Origin: Escherichia coli
GTDB lineage: Bacteria; Pseudomonadota; Gammaproteobacteria; Enterobacterales; Enterobacteriaceae
Reading direction: 5' to 3' (one strand)
DNA: 64,000 nt
Assembly: GCF_044647545.1 (NCBI RefSeq)
Contig: NZ_CP172818.1
This document shows, piece by piece, positions 11,308-24,624 of this stretch (position 1 is its first letter; each line of letters starts with the position of its first letter). The notes below the pieces were generated by a model. It ran no database searches. It was given only the letters and a program-made list of their open reading frames with translations, and was not told where the DNA came from. Made by a program: the position numbers and the translations under genes.

Positions 11308-12396
11308 CTACTGCGCGGTGGTAATAAATGACTGTAATTGGGCTTCGGTTTGCAAACGTTGCTGCAAGGTACTGGCTTCGGCTTTGCTGGCGAATGGGCC
11401 AAGCTGGATCCGCCAGACCGCGCCATTTTGAGTTACGCGACCGGGGACGCCGAACTTCTGTCCCAGTTGCTGTTGGTACTGTTGCGCACGAGCCTGATCG
11501 CTAACGGCCCCGACTTGCACCATAAAGTTGCCGCTGGCGCTTTGTGAGGCGGCTTGCGGTGTCACCATTGCAGGCGAGGTTGCAGGCGTTGTCGAGGGGG
11601 CTGTAACAACGGGCTGTGGTGCAGGTGTTGGTTCGCTGCCTTCCAGAACACCAGGCGCTAAGGTCGTTGGTGCACCGAGGAAACCGCTGCTGGTTACCGG
11701 CGCGCCGGTCGGATCTTCGCTTTTTAGCGTCGAATTACTGACCGGAAGAATGTCACCCTGCGGGCCAGACACTGAACTTGTTCCCGCGCCGCCGCTTAAA
11801 TCGGGAGGTGCAGGCAGGGCGTAAGTCTGTTTAGCAACTGTGGTACAGGCCATACCAGGACCAGAAAGCGAACCATCCTGGGCGACAATAATCGGATCGA
11901 TACGAACTTTGGTGTTGTTTGACGTGTTAAGACGGTCAGCTGCCGCGCGAGAAAGCGAAATAACGCGGTCGTTGCCGTAAGGACCGCGATCATTAATGCG
12001 CACCACGATCATTCGCCCGTTAGCCAGGTTAGTGATTCTGGCGTAGCTGGGGATCGGAAGCGTTGGATGGGCCGCCGTCAGCTGTGTCGGATCGAAAGCT
12101 TCGCCAGAGGCCGTCAGGTTACTGCCGGGTTCGGCATCATAGATTGCCGCCAGTCCCGCCTGGCTAAATCGAGACGGATCCTGCACGATTTTGTAGCTTT
12201 TACCGTCGCGCTGGTAATCCTGATTTGCCGTCGCGTTCAGTGGTTCGAAACGCGGGTCCGCCCCGCTAATTTCAACTATGGGGCCGTTACATACCGCAGG
12301 CTGCGGTACACTTACCGTCTGTTGCTGACCATCATCGCTTGTACATGCCGCGAGCATTCCTGCCGCGATGCAGATCCCGAGCCACTGCTTACGCAT
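11308..12396 (-). CDS. rlpA: Septal-ring lytic transglycosylase RlpA, 362 aa lipoprotein
   Basis: Lipobox (LAAC), Pro/Thr/Ala-rich linker, C-terminal SPOR-like region. Confidence 0.9.
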   Translation of the reverse strand: MRKQWLGICIAAGMLAACTSDDGQQQTVSVPQPAVCNGPIVEISGADPRFEPLNATANQDYQRDGKSYKIVQDPSRFSQAGLAAIYDAEPGSNLTASGEAFDPTQLTAAHPTLPIPSYARITNLANGRMIVVRINDRGPYGNDRVISLSRAAADRLNTSNNTKVRIDPIIVAQDGSLSGPGMACTTVAKQTYALPAPPDLSGGAGTSSVSGPQGDILPVSNSTLKSEDPTGAPVTSSGFLGAPTTLAPGVLEGSEPTPAPQPVVTAPSTTPATSPAMVTPQAASQSASGNFMVQVGAVSDQARAQQYQQQLGQKFGVPGRVTQNGAVWRIQLGPFASKAEASTLQQRLQTEAQLQSFITTAQ

Positions 12397-12406
12397 TGCG
12401 CACCTC

Positions 12407-13519
12407 TTACACGCTTTTCGACAACATTTTCCTGTGGGTGTGGATTGACATTACAATCCCGAACCCAGCCATCAGCACAATTAGCGCCGATCCTCCATAA
12501 CTGACCAGTGGGAGCGGAACCCCTACAACCGGCAGAATACCGCTTACCATACCAATATTTACGAAGACATAAACGAATAATATCAGCATTAAGCCGCCAG
12601 CCATGACGCGACCAAAGGTGGTTTGCGCTCTGGCGGCTATCCACAGCCCGCGCATGATCAGCAGAATGTAAAGAGCGAGCAGAATCAAAATGCCCACTAA
12701 TCCCAGCTCTTCCGCCAGTACCGCGAAGATAAAGTCGGTATGGCGTTCGGGGAGAAATTCAAGCTGTGACTGAGTGCCATGCAGCCAGCCTTTGCCGCGT
12801 AATCCGCCGGAGCCAATAGCAATTTTAGACTGAATAATGTGATAGCCCGCGCCGAGTGGGTCTGATTCCGGGTCCAGGAGCATCATTACGCGCTGGCGCT
12901 GGTAATCATGCATCAGGAAGAACCACAGAATCGGAATGAACGCCGCTACCAGCACTACTGCGACGCCAATCAGACGCCAGCTAAGGCCAGAGAGGAACAG
13001 TACAAACAGACCGGAAAGCGCAACGAGGATTGATGTTCCCAGGTCAGGCTGTGCAGCCACCAGCAGCGTGGGCATAAATATCAGCACCAGCGCGATAGCT
13101 GTATTCTTCAATGAAGGTGGGCAAACGTCGCGGTTGATAAAGCGTGCAACCATCAGTGGTACGGCTATCTTGGCAATTTCCGACGGTTGAAAACGAACAA
13201 TACCGAGGTCCAGCCAGCGTTGAGCGCCTTTAGAGATGGCACCGAAAGCATCTACCGCCACCAGCAAAATAATACAGATGATATAGAGATAGGGGGCCCA
13301 GCCTTCATAAACGCGTGGAGGAATTTGCGCCATCACCACCATGATGACCAGACCCATCGCAATCTGGCCGATTTTACGCTCCATCATGCCAATATCCTGA
13401 CCGCTGGCGCTCCAGATAACCAGGGCGCTGTAAACCAGCAATGCCAGTAAGATCAGCAGCATTGTGGGATCGAGATGGACTTTATCCCAGAATGTTTTTT
13501 TATTCGGATTATCCGTCAT
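12407..13519 (-). CDS. mrdB: Peptidoglycan glycosyltransferase RodA (MrdB), 370 aa SEDS protein
   Basis: Polytopic membrane ORF recognised as RodA; start abuts the mrdA stop. Confidence 0.95.
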   Translation of the reverse strand: MTDNPNKKTFWDKVHLDPTMLLILLALLVYSALVIWSASGQDIGMMERKIGQIAMGLVIMVVMAQIPPRVYEGWAPYLYIICIILLVAVDAFGAISKGAQRWLDLGIVRFQPSEIAKIAVPLMVARFINRDVCPPSLKNTAIALVLIFMPTLLVAAQPDLGTSILVALSGLFVLFLSGLSWRLIGVAVVLVAAFIPILWFFLMHDYQRQRVMMLLDPESDPLGAGYHIIQSKIAIGSGGLRGKGWLHGTQSQLEFLPERHTDFIFAVLAEELGLVGILILLALYILLIMRGLWIAARAQTTFGRVMAGGLMLILFVYVFVNIGMVSGILPVVGVPLPLVSYGGSALIVLMAGFGIVMSIHTHRKMLSKSV

Positions 13520-13521
13520 GA

Positions 13522-15423
13522 TTAATGGTCCTCCGCTGCGGCAACCGCTGGATTTTCCGCAGGCAGATCGGTGTTGTTATCACCCAGCATAATGTGGTCG
13601 AGGATCTGGCGCATCAGCGTACCAACCGCCGGACCCGCGCCACCGTTCTCCAGAATCATGGCGACAGCCACTTGCGGATTGTTGTATGGCGCAAAGGCGG
13701 TCATCAGTTTGTGGTCACGTAAACGCTCGGCAATTTTGTGCGCATTATAGGTTTCGTTCGCTTTCAGGCCGAAGACCTGAGCCGTACCGGATTTTGCTGC
13801 AATTTTGTACGGTGCGCTGGCAAAGTATTTATGCGCCGTACCGTTAGGGCGGTTAGCAACACCGTACATACCGTCTTTTGCCAGCTCCCAGTAACCGGAA
13901 TGAATATCGCCGACGGGCGGTTCATGCGGTTGTACCCATGGCACCTGTTTGCCGTCTTCGGCGGTGCTCATCAGCAAATGCGGAACCTTCACGATACCGT
14001 CATTAATCAGGATCATCAGTGCCTTACTCATCTGGATTGGGGTCGCTGTCCAGTAACCCTGACCGATACCAACCGGAATGGTGTCACCCTGATACCACGG
14101 TTTTTTAAAGCGTTTCTGTTTCCATTCGCGGGTAGGCATGTTGCCGGAACGTTCTTCCGCCAGGTCGATACCGGTGTAATGACCATAACCGAATTTACCC
14201 ATCCATTCGGAGAGGCGATCGATTCCCATATCGTAGGCCACCTGATAGAAGAAGGTATCCGCAGATTCTTCCAGCGATCTTGTGACATTCAGACGCCCGT
14301 GGCCCCATTTTTTCCAGTCACGATAACGTTTTTCTGAACCTGGCAGTTGCCACCAGCCTGGGTCAAACAGCGTCGTATTGCGCGTGATCACCCCGGCACT
14401 CAATGCCGAAACCGCAACATAGGGTTTAACTGTAGACGCGGGAGGATAAACTCCCTGTGTGGCGCGGTTCACCAGCGGTGTATTCGGGTCGTTCAGCAAG
14501 GCGGAATAATCTTTGCTGGAGATACCGTCAACAAACAGGTTTGGGTCATAACTAGGCGTGGAAACCAGCGCCAACACCCCACCTGTACGCGGATCGGTGA
14601 CTACCACAGCTGCGCGGCTACCCGCCAGCAGCGTTTCAATATATTGCTGGAGTTTGAGATCCAGCGTCAGGTAAATATCGTGTCCGGCTTGCGGTGGTAC
14701 TTCTTTTAACTGGCGGATAACACGCCCACGGTTGTTAACTTCAACCTCTTCATAACCAGTCTGACCGTGCAGCACGTCTTCATAGTAACGCTCAATGCCC
14801 AGCTTACCTATATCATGCGTTGCCGCATAGTTGGCCAGTTTGCCGTCATTATTCAGGCGTTCGACGTCTTTATCGTTGATTTTCGACACATAGCCGATGA
14901 CGTGGGTCAACGCCGAACCGTAAGGATAGTAACGACGTTTATAGCCTTTAACTTCAACACCCGGAAAACGGTACTGATTGACGGCAAAGCGAGCTACTTG
15001 TACTTCGGTCAGGTTAGTTTTCACCGGAATAGAGGTGAAACGGTGTGAACGTGCGCGCTCTTTTCGGAATGCAGCAATATCATCATCGGTCAGATCAACC
15101 ACGCTGCGCAAAGCGTCCAGCGTTTGCTGCACATTATCGACTTTCTCCGGCATCATTTCTATCTGGTAGATAGTGCGGTTGAGAGCCAGAGGGATACCGT
15201 TACGGTCGTAGATAATGCCGCGGCTGGGTGCGATAGGCACCAGCTTAATGCGGTTTTCATTAGAGCGGGTCTGGTAGTCGGTAAAGCGAACAATTTGCAG
15301 ATTATACAGGTTGGCGATAAGCACGCCGGTCAGCAGCAAAATCCCCAAAAAGGCGACCAGCGCCCGGCGCACAAACAGCGCGGACTCTGCCGTATAGTCG
15401 CGAAAAGAGTTCTGTAGTTTCAT
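13522..15423 (-). CDS. mrdA: Penicillin-binding protein 2 (MrdA), 633 aa
   Basis: N-terminal TM anchor and transpeptidase motifs (STVK, SGT, KSGT); recognised as PBP2. Confidence 0.95.
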   Translation of the reverse strand: MKLQNSFRDYTAESALFVRRALVAFLGILLLTGVLIANLYNLQIVRFTDYQTRSNENRIKLVPIAPSRGIIYDRNGIPLALNRTIYQIEMMPEKVDNVQQTLDALRSVVDLTDDDIAAFRKERARSHRFTSIPVKTNLTEVQVARFAVNQYRFPGVEVKGYKRRYYPYGSALTHVIGYVSKINDKDVERLNNDGKLANYAATHDIGKLGIERYYEDVLHGQTGYEEVEVNNRGRVIRQLKEVPPQAGHDIYLTLDLKLQQYIETLLAGSRAAVVVTDPRTGGVLALVSTPSYDPNLFVDGISSKDYSALLNDPNTPLVNRATQGVYPPASTVKPYVAVSALSAGVITRNTTLFDPGWWQLPGSEKRYRDWKKWGHGRLNVTRSLEESADTFFYQVAYDMGIDRLSEWMGKFGYGHYTGIDLAEERSGNMPTREWKQKRFKKPWYQGDTIPVGIGQGYWTATPIQMSKALMILINDGIVKVPHLLMSTAEDGKQVPWVQPHEPPVGDIHSGYWELAKDGMYGVANRPNGTAHKYFASAPYKIAAKSGTAQVFGLKANETYNAHKIAERLRDHKLMTAFAPYNNPQVAVAMILENGGAGPAVGTLMRQILDHIMLGDNNTDLPAENPAVAAAEDH

Positions 15424-15453
15424 CCGCTGCGTTTTCTACTCAAAGCTCACTTA

Positions 15454-15921
15454 TCACTCACGGTGATAAGGATGGTTGGTGGTGATGCTCCACGCCCGGT
15501 ACAGACTCTCTGCGACCAGCACGCGAACCAGCGGATGGGGGAGGGTAAGCGCCGACAGCGACCAGCTCTGCTCCGCCGCCGCTTTACAGGCAGGCGACAA
15601 CCCTTCAGGCCCGCCAATCAGTAGACTGACGTCGCGACCATCCAGCTTCCAGCGTTCCAGCTCAGCGGCTAACTGCGGCGTATCCCAGGGCTTGCCTGGA
15701 ATATCGAGGGTGACAATGCGGTTTTTGCCTGCGGCCGCCAACATCTGCTCACCCTCTTTGTCGAGTATGCGCTTGATGTCCGCATTCTTGCCGCGTTTTC
15801 CGGCCGGAATTTCAATCAGCTCGAAGGGCATATCTTTCGGAAAACGACGCAGGTACTCGGTAAAACCGGTTTGTACCCAGTCCGGCATTTTCGTTCCCAC
15901 GGCGACAAGTTGCAGCTTCAC
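15454..15921 (-). CDS. rlmH: 23S rRNA (pseudouridine1915-N3)-methyltransferase RlmH, 155 aa
   Basis: Recognised as RlmH (YbeA); SPOUT-like size and position. Confidence 0.9.
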
Positions 15922-15924
15922 GCA

Positions 15925-16260
<336 letters not shown>

Positions 16261-16501
16261 TCAAATAGATAAAAATGGTCTGTCAGTATACCTGAACCAG
16301 AGGCGATTTCGGGACAATTGTCGCCGAATCGGCTTTCGAAAGTGGGCTATCATCCCACCCCGCGCCGCAGATTGCATCGCCATTTTTGTAAAACAATTTC
16401 TACAAAGTCGTGTCTGGCGAAAAAAGTCTGGCTGCGGAGAATATCAGCCTGCCCGGGGCTGTCAATGGTCGTTGCGGCTTACCCGTAAAAAAACAGAAAA
16501 G

Positions 16502-17113
16502 TCATGCATTCTCGACCCCGATGGCACGGCTATTGAGGACGCGTAGCGTCGCGAATTTTTGGTTGATATCAATGGCGCTCCAACACCCCTGGTCAACGCG
16601 AAAATGCCACATAGCCTCGGCAGGCATGCCAATTAAACGAGCGATTAACAGACTCAGTACACCCTGATGGCTGACGACTAAAATATTCTGATAGTGCTGA
16701 AATTCACTAAGCCTTGCGATAAACCGTTCCACACGTTGTGAAAATGCCTGAAATCCTTCACCGTTCGTGGGGATAGCATGCTGCCAGTCATTGCACCACG
16801 CGCTATAGTTTTCGGCATCTTCTTGCATGAGGTCGCGATGATGTCGCATCTCCCAGTCGCCAAAAAACATTTCGTTGAGTTCAGGGATGATTTGCACGGG
16901 GAGCTGGCGATCACTGAGAACCCGTCGAGCGGTATGCTGTGCCCGTTCCAGTTCACTGCATAAAACCAGGTCAAAGGAAACACCATGTAGCAGCGTATGC
17001 AGATTTTGCGCTTGCTCAATACCGCGCGCCGTCAGGGGAGTGGGCGCATGACCGCTGTACAGACCATCGACATTCGCTTGCGTTTCGCCATGACGAATTA
17101 ACCACAGTCGCAT
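16502..17113 (-). CDS. cobC: Adenosylcobalamin/alpha-ribazole phosphatase CobC (PhpB), about 203 aa
   Basis: Histidine-phosphatase RHGE motif at the N-terminus (MRLWLIRHGETQ); start trimmed one codon from the ORF track. Confidence 0.85.
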   Translation of the reverse strand: MRLWLIRHGETQANVDGLYSGHAPTPLTARGIEQAQNLHTLLHGVSFDLVLCSELERAQHTARRVLSDRQLPVQIIPELNEMFFGDWEMRHHRDLMQEDAENYSAWCNDWQHAIPTNGEGFQAFSQRVERFIARLSEFQHYQNILVVSHQGVLSLLIARLIGMPAEAMWHFRVDQGCWSAIDINQKFATLRVLNSRAIGVENA

Positions 17114-17136
17114 CATGCCCTCCGTAACGACAGGTA

Positions 17137-17778
17137 TCAGCGATACAAGCCTTGTTGGTTAATGTAAGTCAGTACCGGTTCCGGCAATAAATCCTCACAC
17201 GATTCACCGTTTTGCAAACGTTCGCGGATGATGGTCGCCGAGATGTTAAACCACGGCGTTTCAGCCAGATAAATTTTACCGGCAGGCTGAAGGTGAAGAT
17301 CTTCCGGGTTATGTGTCAAATGATCTTCCAGCCATTGCTGGTATTGCGGTTGCGCCATTTCAAGTGGGTAACCTGGACGCCGACAGACGATCAAATGTGC
17401 ATTGTCGAGTATCGTTTCGTATTCGTACCAGGTCGGAAAGGTCAGCAATGAATCCTGACCTATAATAAACGCCAGCGGCACGTCCGGCCCTTGTTCCTGC
17501 CGCCACTCTTTCAGTGTTTGCGCAGTGTAAGAAGGGGCATTGCGCTTTAGCTCGCGTTCATCAAGAGTAAATAATGGCTTGTCGGCAATCGCCAGTTCAA
17601 GCATGTGTTTACGCTGTACGCTGTTCGCTTCCGGCTGGGGACGATGCGGAGGAACATTATTAGGGATGATTGTGACCCGCGTCAGACCAATCAAATTCGC
17701 CAGCGTTTCCACGGGTTTAAGATGACCATAGTGCACCGGATCAAAGGTGCCACCAAACAGAGCCTGTAAAGATTTCAT
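17137..17778 (-). CDS. nadD: Nicotinate-nucleotide adenylyltransferase NadD, 213 aa
   Basis: [11 protein letters not shown] nucleotidyltransferase motif. Confidence 0.9.
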
Positions 17779-17779
17779 A

Positions 17780-18811
17780 TCAACCGTCGATAAATACGTC
17801 CGCCAGGGGTTTATGGCACAACAGAAGAGATAACCCTTCCAGCTCTGCCCACACTGACTGACCGTAATCTTGTTTGAGGGTGAGTTCCGTTCGTGTCAGG
17901 AGTTGCACGGCCTGACGTAACTGCGGCTGGCTTAAGCGATTTAACGCCTCGCCCATCATGCCCCGGCGGTTCTGCCATACCCGATGCTTATCAAACAATG
18001 CTCGCAGTGGCGTATGGGCAGACTGGCGTTTCAGGTTAACCAGTAACAACAGTTCACGTTGTAATGTGCGCAACAAAATAACCGGTTCGCTGCCTTCCAG
18101 ACGCAGTTGCTGAAGAATATGCAACGCGCGCTTACTTTTTCCCATCAACAAAGCATCAACCCAATGAAAAGGGGTGAAATGCGCGGCATCATTCACCGCC
18201 TGTTCAACGCGAGGTAATGTCAGTTTGCCGTCTGGCCAGAGTAGCGATAAACGCTCCAGTGCCTGAGCCAGCGCCAGCAGGTTACCTTCATAACAGTAGC
18301 AGAGCACCTGATTCGCCGCGTCATCCAGTTCTAAGTTGAGCTGTTTTGCGCGCGCAGCAACCCAGCGGGGAAGCTGAGCCTGCTCCGGCGTCTGACAGGT
18401 CACCTGCACGCTGCGATTCGCAAGAGCAGTAAACCAGGCGGCATTTTCTTGCGCTTTGCTTAATTTATTACCGCGGACGATCAACAGCAGGTCGTCATGC
18501 AGAAGTCCGGTGAGTGTGAGAAGTTGTTCATTGATCGCCGCATTCGGTCCGTTTTCTGGTAACAACAGCAATAGCGTTTGTCGACTGGCAAACAGACTCA
18601 TGGCCTGGCATAACGAAAAGATCGCATTCCAGTCAGTGTTGGGATCAATGGAAAAAGTGTGGTGTTCTTCGAATCCTTGTACCGCAGCTACCTGACGAAT
18701 AGCGTCCTGGCTTTCCTGCAATAACAGAGGATCGTTACCAAGTAAAAGATACGCCGCGCGCAGCCCTTCATTGAGCTGCGCGCGGAGTTGTTCCGGGTAC
18801 AACCGAATCAT
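17780..18811 (-). CDS. holA: DNA polymerase III delta subunit HolA, 343 aa
   Basis: Recognised as HolA; start overlaps the lptE stop by 1 nt. Confidence 0.9.
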
Positions 18812-19392
18812 CAGTTACCCAGCGTGGTAGAGACGCGTGCAGGCGTTGCCGGAGTATCCGTTGTGGTCGACGTCTGTTCTTCGTCGGAACGAATATCCGC
18901 AGCACGGATGCTTGGCAGCTTACGAATCAGCTGTTCGGCAGCACGGTCGTACATCTCTTTTACGATCATGTCTTGTTCGTTATCTTTCGCTAACGCCATT
19001 TGCGGGTTATCGAAGAACGAACGGAAGACTTTGGCGCTAATCGGGTAGATGTCACGGCCGGGGATCAACACGGTCGCATTGACCGTCATGATCATCTGAT
19101 ACTCTGCTGTTTGACCGTTACGGAATACCGATGCGGTATCTTTCGCGATGCTCACTTTACCCAAACGCAGGGATGGAACGTCCTTACGCGTGGTTTCTTT
19201 ATCAAGCAACTCGACACCATTCAGACGTAACTGGTTACGCACCGCACGGCTTAATGGCCCGTTCGGATCGCCTGAGTCCAGGATCATGACCTTCATAGTG
19301 GAAGGAACCTGCGTGGTATCACGCAGATGCCAGCCACACCCGGCGGTGATTAACACCGCCAGAGATAACAACAATGTTGCCAGATATCGCAC
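18811..19392 (-). CDS. lptE: LPS-assembly lipoprotein LptE (RlpB), 193 aa
   Basis: Lipobox (ITAGC); recognised as LptE. Confidence 0.9.
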
Positions 19393-19406
19393 GCTTCCTC
19401 CCGCGC

Positions 19407-21989
19407 TTAGCCAACGACCAGATTGAGGAGTTTACCGGGTACGTAAATCACTTTACGCACGGTAACGCCATCAAGATATTTTGCTACCAGATGTTCCTGG
19501 CCAGCACGTTCGCGAACCTGTTCTTCCGTTGCGTCCACCGGAACGGTGATTTTTGCACGGACTTTACCGTTAACCTGCACCACGACCAGCGTGGAGTCTT
19601 CCACCATCGCTTTTTCGTCGGCAACCGGCCACGGCGCGTTGTCGATATCGCCTTCGCCTTTCAGTTCCTGCCACAGCGTGAAGCAGATGTGCGGGGTGAA
19701 CGGGTTAAGCATACGGACAACGGCCAGCAGTGCTTCCTGCATCAGGGCGCGGTCCTGCTCGCCATCGGTCGGTGCTTTCGCCAGTTTGTTCATCAGCTCC
19801 ATAATCGCCGCAATTGCGGTGTTGAAGGTCTGACGACGGCCGATATCATCGGTCACTTTAGCGATCGTTTTATGCACATCGCGACGCAGCGCTTTCTGAT
19901 CTTCAGTCAGCGCATCAACGTTCAGTGCTGCAACATCACCTTTCGCTGTGTGCTCGTAAACCAGTTTCCAGACACGTTTCAGGAAGCGGTTAGCCCCTTC
20001 CACGCCGGATTCCTGCCATTCGAGAGTCATATCAGCCGGAGAAGCAAACATCATAAACAGACGAACGGTGTCCGCGCCGTAACGTTCAACCATCACCTGC
20101 GGGTCGATACCGTTGTTCTTCGACTTGGACATTTTGCTCATGCCGGTATAAACCAGTTCATGGCCTGCCGCATCTTTCGCTTTCACGATACGGCCTTTCT
20201 CGTCACGTTCAACGATAGCATCAACCGGGGAAACCCAGTTACGTTCGCCGTTTTCGCCAACATAGTAGAAGGCATCTGCCAGCACCATACCCTGACACAG
20301 CAACTGTTTTGCTGGTTCGTCAGAGTTCACCATGCCTGCATCACGCATCAGTTTGTGGAAGAAGCGGAAGTAGAGCAGGTGCATAATGGCGTGTTCGATA
20401 CCACCAATGTAGATATCCACCGGCAGCCAGTAGTTAGCCGCTTTGGAATCCAGCATACCTTCTTTGTACTCCGGGCAAGTGTAGCGCGCATAGTACCAGG
20501 AGGACTCCATAAAGGTGTCGAAAGTGTCGGTTTCACGCAGCGCTGGCATACCGTTAACGGTAGTTTTTGCCCACTCCGGATCTGCTTTAATCGGGCTGGT
20601 AATGCCGTCCATCACCACATCTTCCGGCAGGATCACCGGCAGCTGGTCGTCCGGGGTCGGCATTACGGTACCGTCTTCCAGCGTCACCATCGGAATCGGC
20701 GCGCCCCAGTAACGCTGACGAGAAACACCCCAGTCGCGCAGGCGGTAGTTCACTTTACGCTCGCCAACGCCCATCGCAGTCAGTTTATCGGCGATGGCGT
20801 TGAAGGCCGCTTCATGGTCAAGACCGTTGAACTCGCCAGAGTTGAACAGCACGCCTTTTTCAGTCAGGGCTTGCTGAGAAAGATCTGGCTCAGAGCCGTC
20901 AGCTGCCAGGATAACCGGTTTGATATTCAGGCCGTATTTAGAGGCAAACTCGTAGTCGCGCTGGTCGTGACCCGGAACCGCCATAACTGCGCCCGTGCCG
21001 TATTCCATCAATACGAAGTTTGCTGCCCAAACGGGAATTTCTTCGCCCGTTAATGGGTGAACCGCTTTAAAGCCAGTATCGACGCCTTTTTTCTCCATCG
21101 TCGCCATTTCAGCTTCGGCAACTTTGGTGTTACGGCATTCGTCAATAAAGGCCGCCAGTTCAGGATTATTTTCCGCCGCTTTCTGCGCCAGCGGATGACC
21201 CGCCGCTACCGCCAGGTAGGTACAACCCATAAAGGTGTCCGGACGGGTAGTGTAAACGGTCAGCGTGTTGTCATAGTCGTTAACGTTGAAGGTGATTTCC
21301 ACGCCTTCGGAACGACCGATCCAGTTACGCTGCATGGTTTTAACGGTGTCTGGCCAGTGATCCAGTTTATCCAGATCGTTAAGCAGCTCGTCAGCGTAAG
21401 CGGTGATTTTGATAAACCACTGCGGGATCTCTTTACGTTCAACTTTGGTATCGCAGCGCCAGCAGCAGCCGTCGATAACTTGTTCGTTCGCCAGTACGGT
21501 CTGGTCGTTCGGGCACCAGTTGACCGCAGAAGTCTTTTTATATACCAGGCCTTTTTTATACAGCTCGGTGAAGAATTTCTGTTCCCAACGGTAGTATTCC
21601 GGCGTACAGGTTGCCAGCTCGCGGCTCCAGTCATAACCAAAGCCCAGCATTTTGAGCTGGTTTTTCATGTATGCGATGTTGTCGTACGTCCACGGTGCCG
21701 GAGCGGTGTTGTTTTTTACCGCCGCGCCTTCCGCAGGCAGACCAAATGCGTCCCAGCCAATCGGCTGCAGAACGTTTTTGCCCAGCATGCGCTGGTAACG
21801 GGCGATCACGTCACCGATGGTGTAGTTACGTACGTGGCCCATGTGTAGTCGACCAGAAGGATAGGGAAGCATAGACAGGCAGTAATACTTCTCTTTGCTC
21901 TCGTCTTCGGTTACTTCAAATGTGCGCTTCTCATCCCAATGAAGCTGTACTTTGGATTCTATCTCTTCCGGGCGGTATTGCTCTTGCAT
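19407..21989 (-). CDS. leuS: Leucyl-tRNA synthetase LeuS, 860 aa (ORF track extends 47 codons further upstream; MQEQYRPEE is the likely true start)
   Basis: Class I aaRS HMGH (HMGHVRNY) and KMSKS (KMSKSKNN) motifs. Confidence 0.95.
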   Translation of the reverse strand: MQEQYRPEEIESKVQLHWDEKRTFEVTEDESKEKYYCLSMLPYPSGRLHMGHVRNYTIGDVIARYQRMLGKNVLQPIGWDAFGLPAEGAAVKNNTAPAPWTYDNIAYMKNQLKMLGFGYDWSRELATCTPEYYRWEQKFFTELYKKGLVYKKTSAVNWCPNDQTVLANEQVIDGCCWRCDTKVERKEIPQWFIKITAYADELLNDLDKLDHWPDTVKTMQRNWIGRSEGVEITFNVNDYDNTLTVYTTRPDTFMGCTYLAVAAGHPLAQKAAENNPELAAFIDECRNTKVAEAEMATMEKKGVDTGFKAVHPLTGEEIPVWAANFVLMEYGTGAVMAVPGHDQRDYEFASKYGLNIKPVILAADGSEPDLSQQALTEKGVLFNSGEFNGLDHEAAFNAIADKLTAMGVGERKVNYRLRDWGVSRQRYWGAPIPMVTLEDGTVMPTPDDQLPVILPEDVVMDGITSPIKADPEWAKTTVNGMPALRETDTFDTFMESSWYYARYTCPEYKEGMLDSKAANYWLPVDIYIGGIEHAIMHLLYFRFFHKLMRDAGMVNSDEPAKQLLCQGMVLADAFYYVGENGERNWVSPVDAIVERDEKGRIVKAKDAAGHELVYTGMSKMSKSKNNGIDPQVMVERYGADTVRLFMMFASPADMTLEWQESGVEGANRFLKRVWKLVYEHTAKGDVAALNVDALTEDQKALRRDVHKTIAKVTDDIGRRQTFNTAIAAIMELMNKLAKAPTDGEQDRALMQEALLAVVRMLNPFTPHICFTLWQELKGEGDIDNAPWPVADEKAMVEDSTLVVVQVNGKVRAKITVPVDATEEQVRERAGQEHLVAKYLDGVTVRKVIYVPGKLLNLVVG

Positions 21990-22223
21990 GGCAGCCAGTG
22001 GTCCTGTTTTCAATACGGCTACAAATGTAGCGTTGAGGTGGTTTTTCAGATCCGCATAGCATAGCCCAAACGTCCGCGTCAAAACAGCCTTTCGCGCACT
22101 CGACGTTGAAATGATGCCCGGATTATTCATACATTAATTTACAGAGTTTGTGGGCGTATTAGCAAAGCAAGGAACAAAGAACGTCTATTATTATAGTCAG
22201 TTAACGACCCGGGAGATGAAACG

Positions 22224-22706
22224 ATGAACAAGGTTGCTCAATATTACCGTGAACTGGTCGCGTCACTGAGCGAACGCCTGCGTAATGGCGAACGTGATAT
22301 CGACGCACTGGTGGAACAGGCGCGCGAGCGCGTAATAAAAACAGGGGAGTTAACGCGAACCGAGGTCGATGAGCTGACGCGAGCTGTCAGACGTGACCTG
22401 GAAGAGTTCGCCATGAGCTATGAAGAGAGCCTGAAAGAAGAATCTGACAGCGTCTTTATGCGGGTGATTAAAGAAAGCTTGTGGCAGGAGCTGGCAGACA
22501 TCACCGATAAAACGCAGCTTGAATGGCGCGAAGTTTTCCAGGACCTCAATCATCATGGGGTTTATCACAGCGGAGAAGTGGTAGGGCTGGGAAATCTGGT
22601 CTGCGAGAAATGTCACTTCCATCTCCCGATCTACACACCGGAAGTGCTGACGCTATGCCCGAAATGTGGTCATGACCAGTTCCAGAGACGCCCGTTCGAG
22701 CCTTAA
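22224..22706 (+). CDS. ybeL: YbeL, 160 aa, C-terminal zinc-ribbon-like protein of unknown function
   Basis: Two CxxC pairs (CEKCHF ... CPKCGH) at the C-terminus; recognised as YbeL. Confidence 0.85.
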   Translation: MNKVAQYYRELVASLSERLRNGERDIDALVEQARERVIKTGELTRTEVDELTRAVRRDLEEFAMSYEESLKEESDSVFMRVIKESLWQELADITDKTQLEWREVFQDLNHHGVYHSGEVVGLGNLVCEKCHFHLPIYTPEVLTLCPKCGHDQFQRRPFEP

Positions 22707-22775
22707 TGGTCTGATTTCGCACAGCAATAAAGATATATGGGCCGAATAAAATTCCCCGGCCCTTGTTTTTATCTC

Positions 22776-23759
22776 TTACAGTAAATCTTCAATCTCACGG
22801 ATTTTTTGACTGACATCCCTGGTACCGGATGACTGAGCTTTACGATACAGATCGAGAGCCTGTCGGAGATCGACAGGTCTTCCTTCTCCGTAATGATACA
22901 TAATGGCAAGGTTATACCAGGCAGTGGCATTATCGCATTCAGCGGCTTTCGTAAACCATTCAAAGGCGGCCTGATAATCTTTCTCAACGCCTTGTCCATG
23001 TTTATACATATAACCGATGTTGACGTAAGCGCCGACGCTTTCCTGAGCGGCAGCCTTCAGATACCAGTACATCGCTTGCTTATAGTCCTGGTCCACCCCT
23101 TCGCCAGCGTTATAATCCCATGCAATTTGAAACTGGGCATGCCGATTACCCTGCTGTGCGCTTTTCAAATACCAGAATGCGGCGAGTGTCTTATTTTGAG
23201 CAACGCCTTCTCCGTCTTTATAGAGATCGGCCAGGTTGTCTTGCGCGTAACTATGGCCTTGTAATGCAGCTTGTTTGTACCAGAAAAATGCCAGCGCATA
23301 GTCTTGTGCGACTCCGTTGCCATTTCTGTACATCCACCCAAGATTATTTTGCGCATAAGACATTCCGCTCTCCGCGGCTATCTGATACCAGGCAACCGCT
23401 TCTTTATAGTTGGGGTCTTCTCCACGATCCTGTATCCAGCCAAGGGCGTTGGAAGCGAAAGTATGGCCTTGTAGGGCAGCTTTTTTCAGCCAAAAGATGG
23501 CTTGCCCATTATCTTTATGACGGCTTTTATCCTCGGTATACTTTTGCCCTAAGGAATATTGTGCTTCACAATGACCTTGCTCAGCGGCAAGCTTCAGCCA
23601 GTAAAAGGCCTTTTCGTCGTCCGGAGAGTCAATTGCGCTATCGCGATTATAATAAAACCCAATAATATATTGAGCCTCGCAATCGCCTTTTTCAGCACGT
23701 TCGATAATCTCATCTATTGATAAATTATCGCAGCAACTTGACGTAAAAATCATTATCAT
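22776..23759 (-). CDS. ybeQ: Sel1-repeat (TPR-like) protein YbeQ, about 325 aa
   Basis: About eight tandem ~36-aa repeats with the Sel1 signature (AxxWYxKAAxQGxxxAQxxLGxxY); no obvious signal peptide; exact start (23759 vs 23753) uncertain. Confidence 0.85.
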   Translation of the reverse strand: MIMIFTSSCCDNLSIDEIIERAEKGDCEAQYIIGFYYNRDSAIDSPDDEKAFYWLKLAAEQGHCEAQYSLGQKYTEDKSRHKDNGQAIFWLKKAALQGHTFASNALGWIQDRGEDPNYKEAVAWYQIAAESGMSYAQNNLGWMYRNGNGVAQDYALAFFWYKQAALQGHSYAQDNLADLYKDGEGVAQNKTLAAFWYLKSAQQGNRHAQFQIAWDYNAGEGVDQDYKQAMYWYLKAAAQESVGAYVNIGYMYKHGQGVEKDYQAAFEWFTKAAECDNATAWYNLAIMYHYGEGRPVDLRQALDLYRKAQSSGTRDVSQKIREIEDLL

Positions 23760-23916
23760 TTCCTTATGGTTGCATATAAAGCATATTATATTTTTATGTG
23801 TTCCATTTTTGCGTAAGCCTTATTTTATGCGTATTATGTTGCGTCAGAAAAGTATAAATAAATGAGCCTCGCAACGTGGTTAATATTCATTGAATGAATA
23901 TTTAAGGATAAATTAT

Positions 23917-24624
23917 ATGGACATGGAGTCGCAAAAAATATTGTTTGCACTTTCCACTCCGATGGAAATACGCAATGAATGCTGTTTACCTTCGCATTCA
24001 TCCCCCAAAATGTATTTAGGTACACGCTTTTTTGACCTTTCTTCCTCCTGGGGAATTGATGACCGTGATGACCTGCTGCGCACAATTCACCGAATGATCG
24101 ATAACGGTCATGCCGCTCGGTTGGCAGGGCTTTATCACCGCTGGTTTCGTTATTCTCCGTGTGAATGGCGTGACTATCTTGCTGAACTAAATGAGCAAGG
24201 TCAGGCTTATGCGCAATTTGTCGCCAGCACCGCCGAATGCTGTGGCGAAGGGGGAATCAAAGCCTGGGATTATGTCCGGATGGGTTTTTTAAGCCGAATG
24301 GGCGTACTTAATAACTGGTTGAGTGAAGAAGAAAGCCTGTGGATCCAGTCGCGCATTCATCTACGGGCTCTACGTTATTATAGTAACTGGCAGCAATACT
24401 TTGCCGGTTATACCTTTGGTCGGCAATATTGGCAGTCTCCCGAGGATGATGATCTGCCTTTATTACGTGAATTCTTAGCGCGTAAAGAATACGACGATTC
24501 CGGCAATGATATGTTTTATCAATTATTTGCCAGTGACGATGCATATTACGCGACCTTACCCTGGCAACCACTGGCTGACTACCCCACATGCCCGGAAACG
24601 CTTAAGGATATGAGCGACCTATGA
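23917..24624 (+). CDS. ybeR: YbeR, 235 aa, DUF1266-like protein (family name from memory); paralogue of YbeU
   Basis: Start chosen at internal ATG so length matches the YbeU paralogue; shares [20 protein letters not shown] and ATLPWQPL...LKD(M/V)SDL with YbeU. Confidence 0.8.
   Translation: MDMESQKILFALSTPMEIRNECCLPSHSSPKMYLGTRFFDLSSSWGIDDRDDLLRTIHRMIDNGHAARLAGLYHRWFRYSPCEWRDYLAELNEQGQAYAQFVASTAECCGEGGIKAWDYVRMGFLSRMGVLNNWLSEEESLWIQSRIHLRALRYYSNWQQYFAGYTFGRQYWQSPEDDDLPLLREFLARKEYDDSGNDMFYQLFASDDAYYATLPWQPLADYPTCPETLKDMSDL

Noticed and set aside
11308-12396. Low-complexity Pro/Thr/Ala/Ser-rich region in the middle of rlpA as a possible repeat or variable region
   Set aside because: This is the known flexible linker of RlpA between the lipoprotein N-terminus and the SPOR domain, not an independent element.
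19374-21053. 559-aa ORF on the + strand antisense to leuS
   Set aside because: Lies entirely inside the well-supported leuS CDS on the opposite strand; its translation is His/Arg/Phe-rich with no recognisable domain, as expected for a shadow ORF in a codon-biased gene.
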